DNA of 64,000 nt from a virus: the IMG/VR virus record IMGVR_UViG_3300003320_000592, positions 1,054-65,053 of that record; one strand, given 5' to 3'. The notes beneath the pieces were generated by a model. That model was not told the DNA's origin. It did no database searches and saw only the letters and a program-made list of their open reading frames with translations. Shown piece by piece: positions 17,282 to 27,381 of this stretch. The translations under genes were made by a program, and so were the position numbers. How positions within the stretch are numbered: the first letter of the stretch is position 1; every line of letters begins with the position of its first letter.

Positions 17282-18252
17282 CAGATCTTCGCCATCTCTT
17301 CCCTGATCGTGCGGAGGGCGTCGTCCCGGTAGTACTCGTACGGGTCCGCCTGTCGGAATCTCCCACTGCGGACAAGACTACCAGACCAGTCGCTGCCGTC
17401 GTCCATCATGGGGCAGATTTCCTTGAATTCGCACCACCACTTGCAGTTGTCCGGGATCTGCGTCGGGTACAGGTCCCGGCGCTGCACCAGGTTCACGGCG
17501 GCCAGGTCCCCGCCGCCGCGCCGGTACACGTCGTCCAGCATCGCCCGCATGCCGAGGATCTGCGCGGCCACGGACTGCACCTTGAGCAGCGTCGCCTCGA
17601 TCTCGTCGGGGGTGTAGAGGAACGCGTCGCGGCGGTAGAACGGCGGCACCGCCTTCGCGGTGCGCTTGACCCGGCGCAGCGTGTCGATCGTGCCGCCGGC
17701 CAGCTTCGGGCCGTCCGGCGGCGAGGCCAGGTGCTGCACGAGGGTGTAGAACTTCATCTGCGGGTTCATCCGCAGCTGCTCGGCCAGCTCGAAGTTCGTG
17801 CCCGTCTTGTAGTCGCGGAACAGCAGCGCGCCGTCCGAGATCCGCCGGGAGACCTGGTCCATGCGGGCGCGCAGCTGCACGCCGGGCACGCCCGGCAGGT
17901 CGACGCGGATGTCCGTCTCGGTGGCCACCGTCTCGAAGTCGGCGTCCGCCCCCTCCTCGGCCAGCCACTCGATGTACCCGGACACCATCGCCTCGGCCAT
18001 GTCCTGCTCGGCCGACAGCTCCGCGGCGAACTCGGGCGACTTGGACGCCTCGATCCGGTAGAGCAGCGCGAGCACCGTCACCGGGTCCAGCTGGTAGCCG
18101 TAGTACGCCTCCAGCGCGGTGTGCACCCGGGAGCCGAGCTGGCGCGTGCCCGTCGGGGACTCGTCCGCGGGCACCATGCCGAGATAGTACGTGAGGAGCC
18201 AATTCCTGCGGCACCGCGTAAACGAGTAGATCTCGGACTGGGAGACCAGCAT
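17281..18252 (-). CDS. Cas4/RecB-like PD-(D/E)XK exonuclease with Fe-S staple
   Basis: N-terminal CRR and GSRVHTALE; RARMD...FRDYKT; C-terminal CKWWCEFKEICP. Confidence 0.8.
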   Translation of the reverse strand: MLVSQSEIYSFTRCRRNWLLTYYLGMVPADESPTGTRQLGSRVHTALEAYYGYQLDPVTVLALLYRIEASKSPEFAAELSAEQDMAEAMVSGYIEWLAEEGADADFETVATETDIRVDLPGVPGVQLRARMDQVSRRISDGALLFRDYKTGTNFELAEQLRMNPQMKFYTLVQHLASPPDGPKLAGGTIDTLRRVKRTAKAVPPFYRRDAFLYTPDEIEATLLKVQSVAAQILGMRAMLDDVYRRGGGDLAAVNLVQRRDLYPTQIPDNCKWWCEFKEICPMMDDGSDWSGSLVRSGRFRQADPYEYYRDDALRTIREEMAKI

Positions 18253-18545
18253 CAGATACTTCCTCCGATATGGACTTCCTCGGTGATCGTGACCAGGCGC
18301 CATGAGTCCCGGGGCACGTCTGTTGTGATCTTGATCGGAATCTCGGGCACGACCGGGTCGGTGAATCCCAGGATTTCGTTTTTCCTGATGGCGTACGCCA
18401 CGGACGGGTGCACCTGCAGCAGGATGTTGTCCGGAACGTCACGGCGTCCGTCGATGCATTTCGGGTACCGTTCGTCCAGCCATTCGACGATGACGGCGGC
18501 CATATCGCGGACGATCTGGTTTTCGATCGAGTCTTCCCTGATCAT
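18252..18545 (-). CDS. Hypothetical protein
   Basis: Translationally coupled in operon. Confidence 0.5.
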   Translation of the reverse strand: MIREDSIENQIVRDMAAVIVEWLDERYPKCIDGRRDVPDNILLQVHPSVAYAIRKNEILGFTDPVVPEIPIKITTDVPRDSWRLVTITEEVHIGGSI

Positions 18546-18793
18546 TGTTCCAATTCCCTTCTCGCCGTTACTTCTCCGGATACGATGCGCGATTCGTCCA
18601 CCGTCTCCCCTTCGATGACGCGTATGCGCGGCCGGATGCGGATCTGCAATTCCTCCCGGGCGAACTGAGCCGACGTCTCGGTGATGAACGGAATAGATAT
18701 CACCAGCTCGTGCCCGTCCGGGCGCTCGACCTCGACGCCCTCGTACGGGCGCGGAAACGAGATCTCCAGCACCCACTCCTCACGGCTGCTCAT
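18542..18793 (-). CDS. Hypothetical protein
   Basis: Translationally coupled in operon. Confidence 0.5.
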   Translation of the reverse strand: MSSREEWVLEISFPRPYEGVEVERPDGHELVISIPFITETSAQFAREELQIRIRPRIRVIEGETVDESRIVSGEVTARRELEQ

Positions 18794-20642
18794 CGCCGCC
18801 TCCGATCAGCCAGCGCAGCATCTCGGCGTCCTGCGTCACCTGGGCGGCGCGCTCGCCCTTCTCCTCGCCGAGCTGGAACAGGCGCTCCTCGACCGTCTTC
18901 GGGGCGATGGAGTAGACCACGCGCACGCCGGACTGCTGGCCGATGCGGTCGATGCGCCCGATCTTCTGTTCGCGGGATCGCCAGCTCGGGTCCGGCTGCA
19001 TGAAGAAGATCGTGTGCGCCGCCGTGAGGGTGATGGACTCGGCTCCGGCCGCCGTGATGAACACGACCCGGCAGGCCCCGCTCTGGAAGTGCCCGACGGC
19101 GCTGTCCATGTCGTCCGAGTCCATGCCTCCCACGATCTTGCAGTGGGAGATCTTCTTGGCGGACAGCGCCTTCTCCGCCAGGGCGACCAGCTGCGGGGAG
19201 TTCGCGGCCACCACCAGCTGGCCGTCCTCGTCCTCCAGGAAGTCGACCAGGTCGGACACCTTCGACGAGGGCGCGACCATCCGCGGGTTCTCCGTGGTGA
19301 ACCCGTCCGCGTCCTCCCCCTCGACGATCTCCAGCATGGACGACGCCAGCTGGCACAGGCGGGAGAACGCCACCAGGTCGTTCTGCGCGACGACGAGGCG
19401 GCCCTCCAGCTCGGCCATCGCCTGCTTCTTGATCTTGTCGTAGACGCGCTTCTGCGCGGGCGACATCTCCGGGTACCGGAACACCGGCTCCAGGCGCTTG
19501 GGCAGGAACGGCAGCGCGACGGCCCGCGGGATGCGCCGGATCGCCGGCTGCACGAAGGAGTGGAACGTGTCCGCGGTGTCCGGCCGGATCCCGAGCACGC
19601 TGGACCCGCCGTGGAAGTTGAGCTCCTTGATCGCGAACAGGTCGAGGTACCGGCTGCGGGACGGCGCCATCGCGGGGTCGAGCCCGTGCAGCAGCGGCCA
19701 CAGCTGGCCGATGTTGTCCCCGATCGGCGTGCCCGTGGCCAGCCACCGGTACGTCGCCTGGTGCAGCAGCCACCACAGCGCCCTGGTCTGCTTGGAGCGG
19801 GCGTCCTGCATGCGGTGCGCCTCGTCCGCGATCACCGTGCGCCAGGGGCGGCCGGTCAGGTTGAGGTCCTTCTGGTGCACCTCGCAGCGCGCCGCGGCGA
19901 CGCCGTCGTCGATGCCGCCGCACTCCTTGCAGCGCACGAACCGCACACCGGGGTACGCCGCAAGGCGGGTGTGCGCGCGCACGTTGGGCCATCCGATGAT
20001 CCACACGTCGGCGTCGGTGCGCTCGATCGCCTGGCGCCGCCGCAGCGCGCTGCCGCCCACGACCGCGGTGCGCAGCTCCGGCGCCCACACGGAGATCTCG
20101 CGCTCCCAGTTGCGCACGGCCGCGACCGTGCACACCACGAGGGCCGGCAGCGGGTCGCCGGACACGCCGCCGAGGGCGCGGGCCAGCTGCAGGGCGCGGA
20201 TCAGCTGGACCGTCTTGCCTTGCCCCTGCTCGTCGCCGAGGATGCCGCGACGCCGCTCGGACAGGTACACGGCCCCGGCGCGCTGGAACGGGTACAGGCG
20301 CCTCGGACGGCCGTCCGGAAGCGGGGCGGACTTGTCGTCGAACTCGTCGAGCAGCGGCGAGATCTCCTCGGCCTCGGCGTCGTCGAGCGCGCCGCGCAGC
20401 GTCCATGCGTGCAGGACGTCCTCGTACGCGTCCTTCGACCACGCCGTGAGCTCGGGTCCGACGTCGAGCCGCTGGCCGCGCCACATCATGTGCATCGTGG
20501 CGACCGTGGCCCAGGACATCGGCGCGTGCCAGGTCCCGGCCTTCTTGTCGAAGTTGCACCCCGGGATCTGGGTGGCCAGGTGGTTCTCCACCACGGAGCA
20601 CCCGATCACGATCCGGCGGTCTGCGATCTCTGCCCACGCCAT
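18780..20642 (-). CDS. SNF2-family (SF2) helicase
   Basis: ILGDEQGQGKT, VIADEAHR, ATGTPI, GAESITLTAA, QKIGRIDRIGQ motifs. Confidence 0.88.
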   Translation of the reverse strand: MAWAEIADRRIVIGCSVVENHLATQIPGCNFDKKAGTWHAPMSWATVATMHMMWRGQRLDVGPELTAWSKDAYEDVLHAWTLRGALDDAEAEEISPLLDEFDDKSAPLPDGRPRRLYPFQRAGAVYLSERRRGILGDEQGQGKTVQLIRALQLARALGGVSGDPLPALVVCTVAAVRNWEREISVWAPELRTAVVGGSALRRRQAIERTDADVWIIGWPNVRAHTRLAAYPGVRFVRCKECGGIDDGVAAARCEVHQKDLNLTGRPWRTVIADEAHRMQDARSKQTRALWWLLHQATYRWLATGTPIGDNIGQLWPLLHGLDPAMAPSRSRYLDLFAIKELNFHGGSSVLGIRPDTADTFHSFVQPAIRRIPRAVALPFLPKRLEPVFRYPEMSPAQKRVYDKIKKQAMAELEGRLVVAQNDLVAFSRLCQLASSMLEIVEGEDADGFTTENPRMVAPSSKVSDLVDFLEDEDGQLVVAANSPQLVALAEKALSAKKISHCKIVGGMDSDDMDSAVGHFQSGACRVVFITAAGAESITLTAAHTIFFMQPDPSWRSREQKIGRIDRIGQQSGVRVVYSIAPKTVEERLFQLGEEKGERAAQVTQDAEMLRWLIGGGDEQP

Positions 20643-20682
20643 GGGCGTCTTCCTCTCTTCCCTGATCCAGGTGCCGACTGTA

Positions 20683-21147
20683 CTACAAGATGTCCGCAGT
20701 GGCCAGCTTGGCGCGCCAGTGCGCCGGGACGTCCCCGGTGCGCAGGCACCACGCCACCAGGTGCTGAGCGGCGGACTGCGCGTCGTCCTTGCCGGACGGC
20801 CAGACCCCGAGCATGCGCAGCATCTCCGGGCCGGCCGTCCTGCGGTCGTCCGGAGCGGCCGGCGTCAGGATGCGCACGTGGTGGCGCGTGGCCAGGTACC
20901 GTGCCACGCCGATCATCTCGATGGTCTGGTGCACCGGCTCCTGTGTGAGCTTGTGCGTCTGCGGGCCGATGTGGAACCTCTCCCAGCCGATCACCCCGCC
21001 GTAGCTGCAGCCCTCGCAGAACGACTGGATGATCGTCGCCGCCTTGTACGGCGGGTACTCGTCGGCCCAGAACTCGCGGCCGCCGGAGAGCACGGCCAGG
21101 CCGGTTTGGCCGCCGGGGTCGACCCACATCACGGACGGAGGCAGCAC
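20683..21147 (-). CDS. RuvC-like Holliday junction resolvase
   Basis: MWVDPGGQTGLA, IGWERF, MIG, KDDAQSAAQH acidic RNase H-fold motifs. Confidence 0.7.
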   Translation of the reverse strand: MLPPSVMWVDPGGQTGLAVLSGGREFWADEYPPYKAATIIQSFCEGCSYGGVIGWERFHIGPQTHKLTQEPVHQTIEMIGVARYLATRHHVRILTPAAPDDRRTAGPEMLRMLGVWPSGKDDAQSAAQHLVAWCLRTGDVPAHWRAKLATADIL

Positions 21148-21149
21148 GG

Positions 21150-21434
21150 TCAGTCCCGCGCGTCGATCAGCAGCGGGGTCAGCGAGCCGCCGTCGAATCC
21201 GTCGGACGCGGGGACCTTCGTCCACACGCGTCCCTTCTGGTCGATCCATCCGACGCGGCGCAGCGTGGCGAAGTGCTCGGCCGCCGCGTTCCAGGCCTGC
21301 TCCATCAGCTCAAGATCCTTCGCCGCCGTCGGGTACACGCCGGTGACCTTCTGCCTGGCCATCTCCCACTGGCTGAACGAGGTCTCGCGCGAGTCGACGA
21401 CGACCTTCCACTTCTCGCCCTCGTAGACCTTCAT
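21150..21434 (-). CDS. Hypothetical protein
   Basis: Packed between pol and resolvase. Confidence 0.45.
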   Translation of the reverse strand: MKVYEGEKWKVVVDSRETSFSQWEMARQKVTGVYPTAAKDLELMEQAWNAAAEHFATLRRVGWIDQKGRVWTKVPASDGFDGGSLTPLLIDARD

Positions 21435-21457
21435 GTCGGTCTGCACGCCCTGGCGGG

Positions 21458-23242
21458 CTAGCCCTTGACCCATCTCTCTGTCAGCACCTTTCCATCCCAG
21501 GTAATCGGGACCTTATACGTCGTGCGGTCGGTCAGGATCCGGGACATCGAGGCCAGCGCCTCCTGGGCGATGTCCTTCGGGAACTCGCCCACCACCTCGT
21601 CGTGGATGGTCAGGCGAAGGTACGGGGTGAGCCCGGCCGCGTCGAGGTCGATCACGCCCTTCTTGAGGATCTCGGCCGCGGTGCCCTGGACCCGGTAGTT
21701 GAGCCCGGCGTACTCCCGCTGCTTGTCCACGTACAGCACGCGCCCGGTCTGCGTGGTCACGTACCCGCGGCGTCCGGCCCGGCCCTCCGCCTTGCAGCGC
21801 CGGATGATCTGCTCCATGAGCCGGTCCGGCCCGGGGTAGAGCTGGCCGAAGGCGTGGTACGCCGGTGCGGCTTGGTCCACCGGGACGCCGGCCGTCAGCG
21901 CCATCCGGTCCAGGCCCGATCCGTAGATGCGTGCGTAGGTCGAGTTCTTGGTCAGTTGCCTGCGGATGTCGCTCTTCTGGATCTTCTCCGGGTCCTCCCG
22001 GTAGATCCGGCCCGCCAGCAGCCGGAAGAAGTCGATCCCGGACTCGTCCGCCTGGTGGAAGGCCTCGATCATGCCGCGGTCGTCGGAGAAGTCGGCGGTG
22101 ACCCGCGCCTCGATCTGGTCGGCGTCCACCGTGACGAACGCGTTGCCAGGGCGCGGACGGTACGCTCCGCGGATCATCGGGACATCGCGGTCGAATGTTT
22201 GCATAGGGGGATCTGTCACGCTTTGTCTGCTTGTGCGCGCCTGGCAGGTGTTGATCGAGGCGTGGATCACGTCGTTCGCGTCGCGCAGGGCGAGGAACTT
22301 GCGCAGGTGCGTGTTGACGATCTTGTTGGTCTTGCGGGCGTAGATGATCGTCTCGATGACCTGGCGGTGCTGCGGGTGCGTCGCGGCGTACACCCGCAGC
22401 GTGTCCTTGTCGGTGGCCATATGGCCTTCCTTGGTGCGCATGGTCACCGGGACGCCCAGACGCTTGAACACGGACTCGATCTGCGGGGCCGAGCCCACCG
22501 ACGTCATGCCGAACCGATCGCGCAGCCACGCCATGGCGCCGCGCTCCCACGCCTCCAGGTGCTCGATCTGCTTCTCGATGTAAGGGACGTCGAGCATCAT
22601 CCCGACGTCCATCATCGCCGCCGAGATCCGGCCGGTGGCCCGCTCCAGGTCGTACGCCTCGCGGAACGCGCCCATGGCCGCGGGCCCGGTCTTGACCCAC
22701 AGGTGCGCGCACAGCACGGGGTCCAGCGCGGCGTACGCGGTGTACCCCGGGTAGTCGAGCGGCACCGTGGCCCACGTCCAGTGGTTGGCGGCCATCGCCT
22801 TCTTGAGGATCTCCTCCCCGGCCATGGCCCGCGGGTCCACCATGCGCGACCCGGCCGCCTTCAGGCCGTGCGGCATGATCGAGTCGTGCAGGTGGCAGCT
22901 CATCAGCGTGTCGTGGATCCTCGACCAGTCGAGCTCCACGCCGAGCTGGTGCTTGATCACCCTCCAGTCGTAGCCGCTCTGGTGCGCGCCGAGCTCGCCG
23001 GTGTAGTCGCGCAGGATCTCCAGGATCCCGCCGCCCCACAGCTTGGCCGGGGCCGCCCAGCCGGTGCGCAGGTCCCCGACCTGGATCAGGCGGCACTCGT
23101 CCCGGTAAGGGGATAAGCCTGCTGATTCGGTGTCGAAGAACAGCGGGGTCTCCCGGCGCTCGGACGCCCACCGCTTGCACTCGGCCAGGTCGTCGATCGA
23201 GGTCACCGTGCGCAGCGTGACCCCGTCCAGCGCTCCGCTCAC
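21458..23242 (-). CDS. polA: DNA polymerase family A with 3'-5' exonuclease
   Basis: FDTES exo I; DADQIEARV motif A; RQLTKNSTYARIYG motif B; TIHDEV motif C. Confidence 0.92.
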   Translation of the reverse strand: MSGALDGVTLRTVTSIDDLAECKRWASERRETPLFFDTESAGLSPYRDECRLIQVGDLRTGWAAPAKLWGGGILEILRDYTGELGAHQSGYDWRVIKHQLGVELDWSRIHDTLMSCHLHDSIMPHGLKAAGSRMVDPRAMAGEEILKKAMAANHWTWATVPLDYPGYTAYAALDPVLCAHLWVKTGPAAMGAFREAYDLERATGRISAAMMDVGMMLDVPYIEKQIEHLEAWERGAMAWLRDRFGMTSVGSAPQIESVFKRLGVPVTMRTKEGHMATDKDTLRVYAATHPQHRQVIETIIYARKTNKIVNTHLRKFLALRDANDVIHASINTCQARTSRQSVTDPPMQTFDRDVPMIRGAYRPRPGNAFVTVDADQIEARVTADFSDDRGMIEAFHQADESGIDFFRLLAGRIYREDPEKIQKSDIRRQLTKNSTYARIYGSGLDRMALTAGVPVDQAAPAYHAFGQLYPGPDRLMEQIIRRCKAEGRAGRRGYVTTQTGRVLYVDKQREYAGLNYRVQGTAAEILKKGVIDLDAAGLTPYLRLTIHDEVVGEFPKDIAQEALASMSRILTDRTTYKVPITWDGKVLTERWVKG

Positions 23243-23424
23243 CGGCGCGCCTCCCACTGGCAGACGGGACAGGTGTCGAGCGGCTCGGACGGGTCCTCGT
23301 CGCGCCAGCGCAGGAACGTGGCGTACCCGCACAGCGGCATCTGCGAGACGCCGTCGTCCGGCAGCAGGTGCACCACCGTGCCCGGCACCGCGTAGACGCG
23401 CCGGTACACCCTGATCCTGATCAT
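23239..23424 (-). CDS. Small Cys/His protein
   Basis: HLL...LCG...CPVC; coupled stop/start. Confidence 0.45.
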   Translation of the reverse strand: MIRIRVYRRVYAVPGTVVHLLPDDGVSQMPLCGYATFLRWRDEDPSEPLDTCPVCQWEARR

Positions 23425-23579
23425 TTCTTGGCGGCCTTCCCGTCCGGGCCGGGGAACCCCGGCAGGTCCACGTATCGGCTCCCGCGCGCAGGGCGCTCGA
23501 GCGCGGACGCGGCGCGGCGGTGCATTACTTCCATCGCCAGCAGGATCAGGACGGTGACGCCCACGATCACGGCCGTCAT
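23421..23579 (-). CDS. Small membrane protein
   Basis: N-terminal hydrophobic helix; ATGA coupling. Confidence 0.45.
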   Translation of the reverse strand: MTAVIVGVTVLILLAMEVMHRRAASALERPARGSRYVDLPGFPGPDGKAAKK

Positions 23580-24082
23580 CGCTGCACTCCGGACTGCGGG
23601 ATGAGCGCGAGGAACTCGCGGTGCTTGACGCCGGCTGCGGTCAGCAGCTCGACGACCGGCTGGGACCAGTACGGTGTGCCGATGCGCCGGTCGATGGTCA
23701 GGTCGTCGACCACCTGGCGTTCGGTGTCCAGGAAGTGGACGTTGTGGCGCGGCACCTCGATGCGCACGGAAGCGTTCGGCTCCATCGCCTCCGGCCCCGG
23801 CGGGCGGCACGCGGCGCACGGCAGCGCGTCCTCGGGCAGCTCGGACGCGGTGGACCGAACCCCCGGGCGCGCCTGCTTCGGAGTGCGGCACGAGGTGTCG
23901 ATGCGGTGGTACAGGATCGATCGCGACGCGCGGTGCACGGCCCAGCCGGACTCGGTCCGGTACAGGTTGAGCTCGATCCACCGGGCCCGCTCGCCGTCGT
24001 CACTGGTGGACTCGGCGATCAGCTCGCCGGCGAAGTCCGCCACGGTGTGCCCGAAGTGGTTCCGGATGCAGTAGTGCTCCAT
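23576..24082 (-). CDS. Hypothetical protein
   Basis: GTTCAGGGAAGA RBS element; first gene of leftward arm. Confidence 0.6.
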   Translation of the reverse strand: MEHYCIRNHFGHTVADFAGELIAESTSDDGERARWIELNLYRTESGWAVHRASRSILYHRIDTSCRTPKQARPGVRSTASELPEDALPCAACRPPGPEAMEPNASVRIEVPRHNVHFLDTERQVVDDLTIDRRIGTPYWSQPVVELLTAAGVKHREFLALIPQSGVQR

Positions 24083-24156
24083 GATCCCCTCTTCCCTGAA
24101 CTAGTCATCAGTAGGATAGTACCCTAGGATCAGGACAAAGTTCAGGGAGGAAGCAC

Positions 24157-25080
24157 ATGGTTTGTCAGCATCAGGATTTCGACTCGTCCGATCCCGTCAC
24201 GGTGCAGCTCGGCATCGGAGCCGCGGCGCTGCGCTACCAGGGTCAGGGATACGCGGTGCTGCCGCTGGCGCGCGGCCGCAAGAGGCCGCACCGGATCTTG
24301 GGGGACTCCGGCGGCGTGCACTGGGCCACCACCGACCGCAAGGGCGCCCGCTGGTGCTGGAAGCGGGACCCTGCGGCCAACCTCGGCGTGGCGTGCGGAT
24401 CGCCCTCGCGCCTGGTCGTCTTGGACTTGGACGTCAAGAACGGCGCGAACGGCCCGGGCAACCTGTGGGCCTACATGCGCGAGCACGACCTCGGCCTGCC
24501 GGGCCCGTCGGTGGCGGCCACCCCCTCCGGAGGCGTGCACCTGTGGCTGCGCACCCCGCGCGGGGAGCGGATCCCGGCGCGTCCGGGCATCCTGCCGGGG
24601 GTGGACGTGCTCGGCGACGGCAACCTCGTGGTGGCCCCGCCGTCCATGGCGGTGCTTACCTCCCGCGGCGGGGAGCAGGTGCCGGTCCCCTACCGCTGGA
24701 CCTCCGGCTGCTTCTGCGACGCGCCGGACGCGCCCCCGTGGGTGCTGGAGTGGATCGCCTCGGCCGGCCCGGGCCCCGGCGGAGGGTCCGGGCATCCGAT
24801 GTCGGACGAGGACGTGGACCTGGGCGCGCTGCGTGAGCGCGGGGCGCCGGTCGGATCGCGCAACCGGGAGATGTACCGGGCCGCGTGCGCGCTGCACCGC
24901 AAAACGGACCCCGGCACGGTGCTGGAGGAGCTGATGAGGATCTGGCACGCCGGGGACATGTCCGGGATGCCCTGGCGCGAGGTCCAGGTGATCAACGAGT
25001 CGGCCCGCAAGTTCATCGAGGGCGAGAAGCAGCGCGAGCGCAGGCTCCGCGAGGACTGGTTGAGGGGGCACGGGCGGTGA
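24157..25080 (+). CDS. Bifunctional DNA primase/polymerase (Prim-Pol)
   Basis: GYAVLPL...KRP, ANLGVACG, LVVLDLD, TPSGGVHLW, VVAPPS; C-terminal GSRN PriCT-like. Confidence 0.88.
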   Translation: MVCQHQDFDSSDPVTVQLGIGAAALRYQGQGYAVLPLARGRKRPHRILGDSGGVHWATTDRKGARWCWKRDPAANLGVACGSPSRLVVLDLDVKNGANGPGNLWAYMREHDLGLPGPSVAATPSGGVHLWLRTPRGERIPARPGILPGVDVLGDGNLVVAPPSMAVLTSRGGEQVPVPYRWTSGCFCDAPDAPPWVLEWIASAGPGPGGGSGHPMSDEDVDLGALRERGAPVGSRNREMYRAACALHRKTDPGTVLEELMRIWHAGDMSGMPWREVQVINESARKFIEGEKQRERRLREDWLRGHGR

Positions 25081-25325
25081 GCACGCAGGACGTGATCGAC
25101 AGGCTGCTGCGATCGTTCACCGGCATATCCGAGGGTGAGTACGCCGCCGCGGACAGCGAGATCTGGGTCAATCCGGCCGACCGGGACGAGGTCGACCCCC
25201 AGCACGAGGCCACCACGCTGTTTGGACACCGGATGTTCGCCTCGATCGGCGTGCCGCCCGGCAGCGTCGTGCTGTTCGACCGCTCGCGTAACCGGTACGT
25301 GGGGCTGGAGAGGCGGGGGTTGTGA
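25077..25325 (+). CDS. Hypothetical protein
   Basis: GTGA coupling. Confidence 0.5.
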   Translation: MSTQDVIDRLLRSFTGISEGEYAAADSEIWVNPADRDEVDPQHEATTLFGHRMFASIGVPPGSVVLFDRSRNRYVGLERRGL

Positions 25326-25657
25326 CGGAGCTGGGGCACGCCTGGCTGGGCGACTATGGTGAGCGGTGCCTGAGCCGGGCCCGGTGGGAGGGAAGGGTCA
25401 CCAGCGTGCGCACTCCAACGCCCGCTGTGGGCTGGTGGTTCACCGCCACCATGATCGCGTGTGACGGCTCCGGCTCCGTGTACTCGGACGAGTTCTCCGT
25501 GTCCGACATCCGGGAGGCGGACCGCGGCAGCGTCCGCGTCGGGGCCGTGGTCAAGACGCTGACAGAGGAGATGGCCGGACGCACCACGGACACACGCCGG
25601 TTCGCGGTGCGGGTGCTCGCGGACCCGGACGAACGCGGCCTGTGGGAGAAGACGTGA
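25322..25657 (+). CDS. Hypothetical protein
   Basis: GTGA coupling. Confidence 0.5.
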   Translation: MTELGHAWLGDYGERCLSRARWEGRVTSVRTPTPAVGWWFTATMIACDGSGSVYSDEFSVSDIREADRGSVRVGAVVKTLTEEMAGRTTDTRRFAVRVLADPDERGLWEKT

Positions 25658-25666
25658 CCCGAAGCA

Positions 25667-25697
25667 GGCGCGCCCGGGGGTTGACACCGGGCGCGCC
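25667..25697. terminator. Intergenic hairpin
   Basis: GGCGCGCCCGG-9 nt-CCGGGCGCGCC. Confidence 0.5.
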
Positions 25698-25853
25698 GCC
25701 GGGGGCGTGCCGCGCTACTTTGACCAGACCCCCGTCGGTGACCGGGGCGCTGGCCGTGCACGGACTGCGTGGGCGCGTGGTGGCGCGCCGTGGCGGTCCT
25801 CCGATCGGAGAAGAGGAACACCGGATGCACACACTACCTCGCCGAGGCGCCGC

Positions 25854-27269
25854 ATGACCGCCGTCGAGACGAAGGCGCCGCCCGCGGTCGACGTGCTGAT
25901 GGGCATCCTGCAGCGCGACTACTACCTGTCGTGCACCACGGACGGGCGGCCGTTCGCGGTGCGCCGCGACGCGCCGTCGCGGATGATCCCGCTGCGCGGC
26001 AACGGCTCCAGCCTGCGGCACCGGCTGACCACGGACATGTACGCGGCCAGCGGGCGGATGGCGAACAACGACGCGCTGTCCACGGTGCTCAACCTCGCCG
26101 AGGGCGCGGCGTTCCGCCAGCCCAAGGTCACCCCGCACCTGCGCATCGCCGCGAAGAACGGGTCGGTGTTCCTGGACCTCGGGCGCGAGGACGGCAAGGC
26201 GGTGGAGTTGGCCCCGGGGCACTGGCGCGTGGTGGACCGCGCTCCCGTGCTGTTCGCCCGCACCTCGCTTACGGCCGAGCTGCCGCTGCCCGCGGAGGAG
26301 GGCCGGATGGAGGAGGCGCGCGACTTGATCAACTTGAAGAGCGCCGACGACTGGGCCCTGTACGTGTGCTGCCGGATCGCGTCCCTGTTCCCCGGGATCA
26401 CGCATCCGATCGAGATCTTGTCCGGGCCGCCGGGCAGTGCCAAGACCGCGGCCACGCGCATGACCACCAACTGGATCGATCCCGCCCCGGCCATGCAGCC
26501 GGTCCCGCGCGACGGGCGCACCTGGGCGGCACTGGCCGGCGGGCGGTACGTGCTGGCCCTGGACAACGTCTCCGGCGTGCCGCGCTGGTGGTCGGACGCG
26601 CTGTGCAAGGCGGCGTCCGGGGACGGCTGGGTGGACCGTGCGCTGTACACGGACGGGGAGCTGTACGTCAGCGCCTTCCAGTCCGTGATCGTGATGAACG
26701 GGATCACGCTCGGCGGCCTGGAGGGCGACCTCGCCGACCGCCTGGCCTCACACCGCCTGGACCGGCTGACCGGGTTCCGCTCGGACGACGAGATCGCCGC
26801 CACCTGGGCGCTGGCGCATCCGGCGGCCCTGGCGTGGCTGCTGGACCGCACGGTGGAGGTGATGGCCGACATGTGGTCGATGCCGCCCGCGGTTAGCCGG
26901 GACCGGCTCACGCGCTTCTCGCAGATCGTGGAGCTGGTGGACCGGCGCTGGAGGACGCATGCGGGCCTCGCCTGGCGCGCCGGGCGGCAGGCGGCGCTGG
27001 AGGACATCGTGGACGGGGACGAGGTCGCGGTGGCCCTGCGCACGGCACTGGCCGGGGGGTGGACGGGCACGTCCACGGACCTGCTCCAGGTGCTTCAGGT
27101 GCACGGCGGCCTGCAGGACATGCGTGGCGGGCGCAAGTGGACCCCGCGGGGCCTGAGCGAGCGCTTGGACCGCACCGCACAGCCGCTGGCGGCCATCGGC
27201 TGGCGCATCGAGAGGTTCCGGGAGGGGCACGGCGGCAAGCGCATGATCCGGATCGAGCCGCCCGCCTAG
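25854..27269 (+). CDS. Primase-associated P-loop ATPase/helicase
   Basis: LSGPPGSAKT Walker A, LALDNVS Walker B, DLADR; type found with prim-pol genes in actinobacterial elements. Confidence 0.72.
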   Translation: MTAVETKAPPAVDVLMGILQRDYYLSCTTDGRPFAVRRDAPSRMIPLRGNGSSLRHRLTTDMYAASGRMANNDALSTVLNLAEGAAFRQPKVTPHLRIAAKNGSVFLDLGREDGKAVELAPGHWRVVDRAPVLFARTSLTAELPLPAEEGRMEEARDLINLKSADDWALYVCCRIASLFPGITHPIEILSGPPGSAKTAATRMTTNWIDPAPAMQPVPRDGRTWAALAGGRYVLALDNVSGVPRWWSDALCKAASGDGWVDRALYTDGELYVSAFQSVIVMNGITLGGLEGDLADRLASHRLDRLTGFRSDDEIAATWALAHPAALAWLLDRTVEVMADMWSMPPAVSRDRLTRFSQIVELVDRRWRTHAGLAWRAGRQAALEDIVDGDEVAVALRTALAGGWTGTSTDLLQVLQVHGGLQDMRGGRKWTPRGLSERLDRTAQPLAAIGWRIERFREGHGGKRMIRIEPPA

Positions 27270-27289
27270 CCGGATCTGCGGACAACAAG

Positions 27290-27318
27290 GCCCCGCCGGC
27301 GTCGTGGTCCGGCGGGGC
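27290..27318. terminator. Hairpin between convergent genes
   Basis: GCCCCGCCGG-9 nt-CCGGCGGGGC. Confidence 0.65.
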
Positions 27319-27381
27319 ATTGTCGCGCGCCCGTAGGCGGTGCACGGTCGTCCGGCAGGCGGGCCGCGCATCGGCGCACGA

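Noticed and set aside
17281-18252. Cas4-like nuclease as evidence of a CRISPR system
   Set aside because: No other cas genes or repeat-spacer array; its context (Sak4, SSB, helicase) is a standard phage recombination module.
25681-25722. TTGACA in a hairpin loop as a promoter
   Set aside because: No TANNNT at 16-18 nt spacing; the nearest candidate is about 30 nt away.
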